From a virus (Duplodnaviria; Caudoviricetes), in IMG/VR virus record IMGVR_UViG_3300005326_000734, positions 1 through 32,802 of that record: a stretch of DNA of 32,802 nucleotides. One strand, 5' to 3'. This document shows positions 26,386-32,802 of this stretch, in pieces. Position numbers and translations under genes: made by a program. The notes beneath the pieces were generated by a model. It ran no database searches. It worked only from the letters and a program-made list of their open reading frames with translations, and was not told the DNA's origin. How positions within the stretch are numbered: the stretch's first letter is position 1; every line of letters begins with the position of its first letter.

Positions 26386-27531
26386 ATGGGGTATATGAGC
26401 GAAACTTACCGCAACCTAAAAGACTGGAACAAAGAGAAAAACGATCTTACTTGGGAATTGCTGAAAGCTGGCTATACTCCAGAAAATCATCCGGAACATG
26501 TGAGGTGGGTTGACCACTCGTATGTGTTTGAGTACACCCTTAACTTCCTTAGAAATACAGTATGGGAATCACCATGCGGACTACTTAAAACAGGCTTAAA
26601 CAGTCACCATGAAATGGGCTTTATGGGGATTGATTGGATGCCCGAAAATAATAACCCTGTATTCCGCTGCCCACACGATAAAGACGACTGTGAGTTGAAC
26701 CACGAACTACTCAAAAACCGAAAGATGTACGGACATCTAGTTGAATGCGCTTTTCACTTCTCAAACAAAGAGTACGACTACGATAACAGTGTTGATAAAT
26801 TATGGGAAGAACGGGAAGCCCGGCAAGAACAGCTATATCAAGAGTTTAAAGAAAAACTAAAAGGACGTATCTGCCGAGCGCACACGCGGTTTGACGAGAT
26901 AAGCAAAAAATGGACTATGAAGTACAACCTTGAAATTTGTGCCCGTAACGAGTGCTATACCAAGCACTGCCCCATAACCGGGCAACCAAACAGTGAAAAG
27001 AAAGGCAATGTATTCTACGACTTAAAAATCACCAGAATCAGGCATGAGGGAAGCTTATGGGATGGTGAAAGGATTGTAGGTATAACCAAAGGTATTAAGG
27101 CATTTAGCTCCCCAATATCACTAACTATTTGCGAGGCATACGCAAAACACAACCAAAAGGACTTGCTCGAAAGAGAAAAGATGAAAATGCATGGGGAATT
27201 GATGTTTAATCCCGACATAGAAGTCGAGATTCTTAATACTAGGGTGGAGAGAAGGGAAACCAGAGACTTACTACAGGACCTACAGGACGTTGCCGAGGGA
27301 ATTCAGGTTAGCCATGCCAGCGACAACATTAAAAAGGCTGCCCAAGCCAAGAGAGATAGGAAGGCCAAGAGAATGAAAGGCAAAATTAGCAAGTGGCAAA
27401 AATGGCTGGGCGGGGACAGTGAAAGACTTAAACAGATTGCCGAAAGAAAACTTGCGGCGGCGGGGGTACATCCTGACGACCCTGTAAATGAGCCGCCTAA
27501 GCCGGTTGAGCAGTTGAGTTTATTCAATTAA
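26386..27531 (+). CDS. Cys/His-rich hypothetical phage protein with a C-terminal QLSLF motif
   Basis: 381-aa AT-rich ORF; several Cys clusters; ends EQLSLFN. Confidence 0.75.
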   Translation: MGYMSETYRNLKDWNKEKNDLTWELLKAGYTPENHPEHVRWVDHSYVFEYTLNFLRNTVWESPCGLLKTGLNSHHEMGFMGIDWMPENNNPVFRCPHDKDDCELNHELLKNRKMYGHLVECAFHFSNKEYDYDNSVDKLWEEREARQEQLYQEFKEKLKGRICRAHTRFDEISKKWTMKYNLEICARNECYTKHCPITGQPNSEKKGNVFYDLKITRIRHEGSLWDGERIVGITKGIKAFSSPISLTICEAYAKHNQKDLLEREKMKMHGELMFNPDIEVEILNTRVERRETRDLLQDLQDVAEGIQVSHASDNIKKAAQAKRDRKAKRMKGKISKWQKWLGGDSERLKQIAERKLAAAGVHPDDPVNEPPKPVEQLSLFN

Positions 27532-27551
27532 TTAAGGGGAGGTGAAACTTT

Positions 27552-27773
27552 GTGAAAATTCGCGTGAGTTACGCCGAACTGCAAACCGGGCCCGGATACA
27601 ACAACAAACGGGCCGAGGCGGAGATTGAGATTGAAGTAAAACATACTGGGAACCTTGATGCTGCTTTTGAAAACTCCTGGGAGCGCGTCAAGGCTGAGGT
27701 TAAGCGGCAGCTGGATGAGCCGGAAAGGGAGACTCCGCAAGTTGACCTGGAGGACGACGATATACCGTTTTGA
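27552..27773 (+). CDS. Small protein with an SSB-like acidic C-terminal tail
   Basis: GGAGGTG RBS; ends EDDDIPF. Confidence 0.7.
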   Translation: MKIRVSYAELQTGPGYNNKRAEAEIEIEVKHTGNLDAAFENSWERVKAEVKRQLDEPERETPQVDLEDDDIPF

Positions 27774-27793
27774 GTTATAGGGGAGGCGGGGGA

Positions 27794-28707
27794 ATGCAGA
27801 TCGGACTATTCGACATCGGCGGTAAAATAGCGAACTTGGCCCTTATGAAAATATCCGCCTACCATAAGGCCCTTGGGGATACCGTTTCCTTGGGCTCTGG
27901 CGGGGACATTTCATACATTAGTTGCTGCTTCTCCAGGCACCGTCACACAGCCGAGGCGCTTTTAAAACTCCATCCCGATTCTGTGGTGGGCGGCCCGGGC
28001 TGGGACCATGCCGTTACCTTACCACCGGAGATTGAGGCCTGCAAGCCCGATTATTCCCTGTATGGACTTAACTGCGGCTTGGGGCGACTGACTGCCGGCT
28101 GCCCGGGTAATTGCGCCTGGTGTGTGGTACCGGCGACAGAAGGCCACGAAGCCAAAACAGTGGCCCAGGCAGGGGACCTAATCAACCCTGGCAGCGACTT
28201 TCTTGTACTGCTGGACGCTAATATTCTTGCTTGCCCGGATTGGCCGGAACACTTCCGGGAGGTCCGGGAGCGGGGGCTGACGGTCTGTTTTACCCAGGGA
28301 CTGGATATCAGATACGTCAACGACTTCGTAGCCAATGAACTGGCCCGGTTGAAAGTGAGCGACCTGCCCGCAACAATTCGCGAATTTGGTTTGCCTGGGA
28401 CCGGCCAGAAAATGAGCAACACGTTCGAATGGGCATTGCCGCGCTTAACAGAGCGGGGATCAAGCCTTACCGATTGAGGTTTTATGTTTTAGTCGGCTAC
28501 AACACTACCTGGGAGGAGGACTGGCATAGATTTGCCGTCCTGCGCGATCTTGGGTGTGAACCGTTCGCGATGTGTTATGAGGGCAGCGGGTACAGACTGC
28601 GCGCCTTCTCCCGGTACGTTAATCGGTTTATTTACAAGAAATATGCTTGGGAAGATTACGATCGCTGGGGAGAGGCAAAGGAACAGCAGCAAGTATTGGG
28701 GTTTTAG
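27794..28707 (+). pseudogene. Radical-SAM-like phage protein with a 1-nt frameshift
   Basis: NLALMKISAYHK, GCPGNCAWC, LDANIL and FTQGLDIR in one frame; RIWFAWD...FYVLVGYN...PFAMCY continues in the -1 frame (switch between 28339 and ~28385). Confidence 0.75.
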
Positions 28708-28713
28708 GGGGAG

Positions 28714-29109
28714 GTGAAACCTGTGCCACAGATGATGAAACGCGAAGTTGAGACTATACTAGCTGCTCTTTCAACCATCCGAGTAACCTTAGTGAACGAA
28801 GAATATGACCTGCATGCCCTGATCGGCGGCCGTCTGATCGCTGCAGGGATCTCGTTTCAGACAGAATATTACCTTGGTCCGCGTAACCGGATCGACTTCT
28901 TCCTCCCTGGAGGCATCGGGATCGAGGCCAAGAAGGGGAAACCCGCCAAGGCCCAGGTTGTGGCTCAACTTACCAGATACGCAGGCTTTCCGATAATCCA
29001 GGAGTTAATTCTCGTGGTAGAGCGAAACCTGGACATTCCCCGGGAGTTGAACGGTAAGCCGTGTCACTGCTTCCCTCTAAATCGGCTATGGGGGGTGGCG
29101 CTGCCATGA
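28714..29109 (+). CDS. PD-(D/E)XK nuclease-like protein
   Basis: TEYYL...RIDF...GIEAK...QLTRY pattern. Confidence 0.7.
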   Translation: MKPVPQMMKREVETILAALSTIRVTLVNEEYDLHALIGGRLIAAGISFQTEYYLGPRNRIDFFLPGGIGIEAKKGKPAKAQVVAQLTRYAGFPIIQELILVVERNLDIPRELNGKPCHCFPLNRLWGVALP

Positions 29110-30908
29110 TGACGCCGGAGATGGTTCCTGATTATCTGCGGCCGGTCCAGTATGCGCCCAGGTATTACGGCACATTGAAATACAATCAAGGGTCGAATCG
29201 TTGGGAAATCGAGGGTGAGCCTTGCGTTATCGAGGCGGCGAAACGTCTCTTCCCGGGGTGCGACACCAAATGTGCCGGCAGGGTGGTTTTCAACAACCAC
29301 AAGCGAGCCAATGGAGACCTCAACTGGCTTATGCTTCGTTACCCTTTGACAATAGAGAACCCTGAGGAGTGGGGGCGATCCCTCCAGGAAGCCACGGAAC
29401 ACGTTATTGGACGGCAAAAGATTTATGAGAGCCCGCAGCGGGTCATTCCTCCGGCCACTTTCACCGGTCAGCTCCGTCCTTTTCAGGAAGAAGGCCTCGC
29501 TTTTATGCTGCTCAACCGGCGAACCCTTCTGGCCGATGAGATGGGCCTGGGGAAGACGGTGGAAGCCCTGGCGCTGCTTTCCTCCACTGGTGGGTATCCA
29601 GCTTTGATTATTGTACCGCCATACCTTGTTCCAAACTGGAAAAAAGAAATCAAGCGATTTATGGTCCTTCCAGGCGGGCAAAACAAGCAACCCCGGTTGT
29701 TTGACGTGGCTGAGGATCCGGAGAGTAACATCCATGTACTCCATGGGTTGAAACCTTATGACCTTCCGGAGGCAAACATCTACATCATCCATTACCTGCT
29801 GCTGAGGGGATGGAAGAAGTATCTCCCGGATTTTGGGTTCAAGACAGTTATTTTTGACGAAATCCAGGAGTTGCGGCATGCGCGGACTGAGAAATACTCC
29901 GCCGCCTCTCTCGTTGCTGATGCTGCTCCGGATGTTTTTGGCCTCTCAGGTACCCCTATATACAACCGGGGCGCAGAGATTTGGAATGTTATCAACATCC
30001 TTGAATTTCACGCCCTGGGGAGCTTTGACAGCTTTACTCGGGAGTGGTGTAACGGGTACGGATCTGAGGTGGTGCGAAAGCCTGGCCTCCTGGGAGACTA
30101 CCTGAAGCGTGAAGGCCTCATGCTCAGGCGCCGGAAAGATGATGTGTTGGACGATCTCCCGCCGAAGCGCCGGGTGGTCCAAACAGTGGACTATGATTCG
30201 GGCATTTACAGCCAACTTATTCAGCGGGCCATTGAGAAGGCCAAGGTTATGGACACAATTACAGATGCTTTCGAGAAGGGCAGGGCAATGAGAGAAATTG
30301 TCAACTCTGCGCGCCAAGCAACCGGCATTTCCAAGGCTCCGTATGTAGCGGCTTTTGTGAAGATGCTCCTGGAAGCCGGGGAGAGAGTTTTGTTGTTCGC
30401 TTACCACCATAAGGTATTTGACCTTTGTATGGATACCCTGAAGGAATTTAAACCGGTCCGGATCACCGGGGCTGAAACAGCAAAAGAGAAAGACCAGTCC
30501 ATTGAGGCGTTTAAGCGGGGAGAGACGCCGGTGGCAATTATATCCCTACGTTCAACGGCGGGTTTAGATGGGCTGCAGAACGCCACTTGTGTCGTATTCG
30601 GTGAGTTAGACTGGTCCCCGGCAGTGCACTCCCAAGCTGAGGACCGGGCGCACCGTATGGGCCAAAAGGACTCTGTTTTGTGCTATTACCTGGTGTGCGA
30701 AGAAGGTACTGATGCCGATATCCAAGAGGCCCTTGGGCTTAAGGTAAGCCAGTTTATTGGTCTCATGGGGGACCGGATTGAATCGGAGGATGACCGGTAT
30801 TTGGCGCAGGTAGTGGCCACTGAGCATATGCAACACATAATTGAGAGATTGAAAACTAGGGCGGACAACAGTCAACCTGGGACCGTAAGGGAAGAATATA
30901 GCGCGTGA
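29106..30908 (+). CDS. SNF2-family helicase/ATPase
   Basis: LRPFQ, ADEMGLGKT, DEIQ, LSGTP, LRRRK, QAEDRAHRMGQ. Confidence 0.92.
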   Translation: MMTPEMVPDYLRPVQYAPRYYGTLKYNQGSNRWEIEGEPCVIEAAKRLFPGCDTKCAGRVVFNNHKRANGDLNWLMLRYPLTIENPEEWGRSLQEATEHVIGRQKIYESPQRVIPPATFTGQLRPFQEEGLAFMLLNRRTLLADEMGLGKTVEALALLSSTGGYPALIIVPPYLVPNWKKEIKRFMVLPGGQNKQPRLFDVAEDPESNIHVLHGLKPYDLPEANIYIIHYLLLRGWKKYLPDFGFKTVIFDEIQELRHARTEKYSAASLVADAAPDVFGLSGTPIYNRGAEIWNVINILEFHALGSFDSFTREWCNGYGSEVVRKPGLLGDYLKREGLMLRRRKDDVLDDLPPKRRVVQTVDYDSGIYSQLIQRAIEKAKVMDTITDAFEKGRAMREIVNSARQATGISKAPYVAAFVKMLLEAGERVLLFAYHHKVFDLCMDTLKEFKPVRITGAETAKEKDQSIEAFKRGETPVAIISLRSTAGLDGLQNATCVVFGELDWSPAVHSQAEDRAHRMGQKDSVLCYYLVCEEGTDADIQEALGLKVSQFIGLMGDRIESEDDRYLAQVVATEHMQHIIERLKTRADNSQPGTVREEYSA

Positions 30909-30926
30909 TTTGGGGGAGGGTAACCG

Positions 30927-31787
30927 ATGCGGCGGAGGATGTTAAACCCGGAATTTTTTACAGACTCTGTTTTAGTGGCCTTGCTGGACTTTGGTGGCAG
31001 GCTGTTTTACCAGGGCCTTTGGTGTATAGCGGAGGATAGCGGGGTTTTTGACCCTGACCTTCTGTCATTGAAAATGAAAATCTTCCCTGGGGATAACCTG
31101 GATTTATCTATTATTCAGAATTATTACCGCCTTTTGGTGGGTAAGAAGAAGATTATTGAGTTTCAGGTCGACGGCCGTACATACGCATGGCTGAAAAACT
31201 TCCAAAAGCATCAGAAACTGGATAGGCCGTCTCCGCCGTCTTTCCCCCTTCCCCTTTGGGTGATCTGGCATGGTGAAACTGAGTTTGGGAAAGAACGACA
31301 CAAGTATCATTACGAGATACTGTATCTGCCAAAGGAAGACATTCATCCCGACTTGTCCCCGACTTGTCCCCGACTTGTCCCCGACCATGACACGATAGAA
31401 GTAAAGTTAAATGAAGTTAATAGAAGTGAAGTTAAGGGAAATGAAGTTAAGTTAAGTGAAGGGGATTTTGGGCCTAGCCCAATAATAGATACCGGCGACA
31501 CTGAGAAAGAAGTCCTCCAAATCCTCGCAAGCATCCCAGGGTACCCATTTGACGAGACCTCAGACCCTGGGTTTATTGGGAGCCTAGCTATTGAATTCCC
31601 TGGTTTAAACCTTCTTACTACAGTCAAACAGTGGGCGTTATACAGGGACAAAAAGCCCCTTTTAAACAAAGATGATGCTCGGCCTTTTCTCCGGAAATGG
31701 TGCCAACTTTCCGTTGCACCAGGGGCACAGAGTAGAGCGGGCCCGGAGTGCCCTTCCCCTGACAATATATCTCCTGAAAGCGGGTGA
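30927..31787 (+). CDS. Phage replication initiator (replisome organizer)
   Basis: RRRMLNPEFF.D...RLFYQGLW..AED.G...NFQKHQ N-terminal domain; internal iterons. Confidence 0.8.
   Translation: MRRRMLNPEFFTDSVLVALLDFGGRLFYQGLWCIAEDSGVFDPDLLSLKMKIFPGDNLDLSIIQNYYRLLVGKKKIIEFQVDGRTYAWLKNFQKHQKLDRPSPPSFPLPLWVIWHGETEFGKERHKYHYEILYLPKEDIHPDLSPTCPRLVPDHDTIEVKLNEVNRSEVKGNEVKLSEGDFGPSPIIDTGDTEKEVLQILASIPGYPFDETSDPGFIGSLAIEFPGLNLLTTVKQWALYRDKKPLLNKDDARPFLRKWCQLSVAPGAQSRAGPECPSPDNISPESG
31347..31460. repeat. Putative phage replication origin: iterons and A-rich repeats
   Basis: CCCGACTTGTC x3 plus a partial copy (31347-31385), then repeated GAAGTTAA-like units (31398-31460). Confidence 0.75.
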
Positions 31788-31791
31788 TCAC

Positions 31792-32223
31792 ATGGGCAAA
31801 AAAGGAGCGCTGCCTCAGAAAGCTACTCGTCTGCCGGAAGCAGGGCAATTGGTGAGAAGCCCACGGAAAGCGCCGGCAAAGATGCCGCCTGTGGAAGAAA
31901 TTGAAGCCGCGGCCCGGGAGGGTATCACATTCAGCGACATGGGGGCCCGGTTCGGTGCCACAGCGATGGCCGCCAAGAATTGGTGCGACCGATTGGGGAT
32001 AAAAAAGGCGCCGGCACCGCGGCCGGATATACCCCGGATACAGGCAAACGAAAAGAACCGCCCATGGACAGAAGTGCAGGATGAGTGGCTGCTCCAGCTG
32101 CTGGGGGACAAGCGGGTGATGGTGAAAGGACAACCGTCGCTGAAGCTTATTGCCGAGCAGATGAATCGGACGCCGGAGGGAATCCGGGAGAGGATAGATG
32201 TGCTGCTGAAGGCGACAGGGTAG
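31792..32223 (+). CDS. Hypothetical DNA-binding protein (HTH plus Myb-like repeat)
   Basis: GITFSDMGARFGAT; WTEVQDEWL...IAEQMNRTPEGIRER. Confidence 0.65.
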   Translation: MGKKGALPQKATRLPEAGQLVRSPRKAPAKMPPVEEIEAAAREGITFSDMGARFGATAMAAKNWCDRLGIKKAPAPRPDIPRIQANEKNRPWTEVQDEWLLQLLGDKRVMVKGQPSLKLIAEQMNRTPEGIRERIDVLLKATG

Positions 32224-32253
32224 ATTGAGCCCATGAAAAACGGGGGGTGACGT

Positions 32254-32802
32254 ATGCGCGGTAAGCATGATCCCGAACAAGAGAAATGCCGGTTAGAGCT
32301 ATATCAGCAAGGCCTATCAGACAAAGAAATAGCTGAACGGCTGGGTGATACATACATCGCTATTGGTCAATGGCGGTTTTCCCGGAGCCTGCCGAGCAAT
32401 GGGAGACAGTATCAGCGTCTGTCGCCAGAAGAACATGAAGCGCGGATGCTCCTATACCGGCAGGGACTGAATGACAGAGAAATTGCAAAAGCGTTAGGCG
32501 TACGCTATCAAACCATAGCTGGTTGGCGGTATATCCACCACTTGTCAGCGAACGTCTCGCAGGGGCGGCACTTACCGGGGCAAGGGAATAGCCAACCGCC
32601 TACGATGAACCTTACAGGCGGCGTTCCGATGAGCAGGGCGCTATCCCCCGATGGGTGTGACTTGGTGCGGCAATTCTTACGGACGCTGAAACATCTAGGA
32701 GACCGTTGCAAAAGGCCATCTACGTCGTTCCATCCGGGCATTCTTGCTCGACGTACGTTTAGTACGCCATCGCTGCGAATGCTTGATGCGCCTAGCATCT
32801 AG
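32254..32802 (+). CDS. Tandem-HTH protein; C-terminus probably replaced by an inserted repeat
   Basis: Two copies of LY(Q/R)QGLxDxEIAxxLG...IxxWR...L; the last ~33 codons run through a palindromic element. Confidence 0.7.
   Translation: MRGKHDPEQEKCRLELYQQGLSDKEIAERLGDTYIAIGQWRFSRSLPSNGRQYQRLSPEEHEARMLLYRQGLNDREIAKALGVRYQTIAGWRYIHHLSANVSQGRHLPGQGNSQPPTMNLTGGVPMSRALSPDGCDLVRQFLRTLKHLGDRCKRPSTSFHPGILARRTFSTPSLRMLDAPSI
32699..32802. mobile_element. Left part of a probable MITE/IS-derived palindromic repeat
   Basis: Follows CTAG (32695-32698) and begins GAGACCGTTGCAAAA (IS-end-like). Nested inverted repeats GCATTC/GAATGC and CGTAC-gttta-GTACG. Cut by the window edge. Confidence 0.45.

Larger units (their letters stand above)
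3342..32802. mobile_element. Temperate prophage inserted in sigK (lysogeny, early and replication modules; continues beyond the window)
   Basis: Integrase, ImmA, divergent repressor/Cro, YopX, DUF5131, ASCH, HNH, methyltransferases and a replication initiator in a dense, translationally coupled + strand run. Confidence 0.92.

Noticed and set aside
31347-31460. Short repeats as CRISPR or a contingency locus
   Set aside because: No spacers; their position inside the initiator gene fits origin iterons.
7945-32802. Many minus-strand and nested ORFs in the six-frame track
   Set aside because: They overlap well-supported + strand genes and lack an RBS or motifs. Only the 23058-23410 cassette and the nested ORF at 25600 have independent support.

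Overview
Chromosomal window from an endospore-forming Firmicute (Clostridia-like; inferred from the sigK fragment and gene content). It has four parts. (1) A host kbl gene. (2) A predicted sigma-E-driven small ORF plus a SpoIVCA-like large serine recombinase. (3) A 228-bp internal fragment of sigK (3114-3341), missed by the ORF track, cut at both ends and lying between two convergent serine recombinases. This implies sigK is split into at least three pieces by two independent intervening elements. (4) The left ~29.5 kb of a temperate prophage inserted in sigK: integrase, cargo genes, an ImmA/repressor/Cro switch with clear operators, and early genes. The early region holds a ~550-nt array of three self-folding RNA domains (two with tRNA-like scaffolds), an SSAP plus a fused SbcD-SbcC, an unannotated Spo0E-like gene, three DNA methyltransferases, two radical-SAM-like genes, a SNF2 helicase and a replication initiator with iterons. 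The 5' and 3' sigK pieces and the phage structural genes lie outside the window. All calls come from reading motifs by eye; no searches were run.
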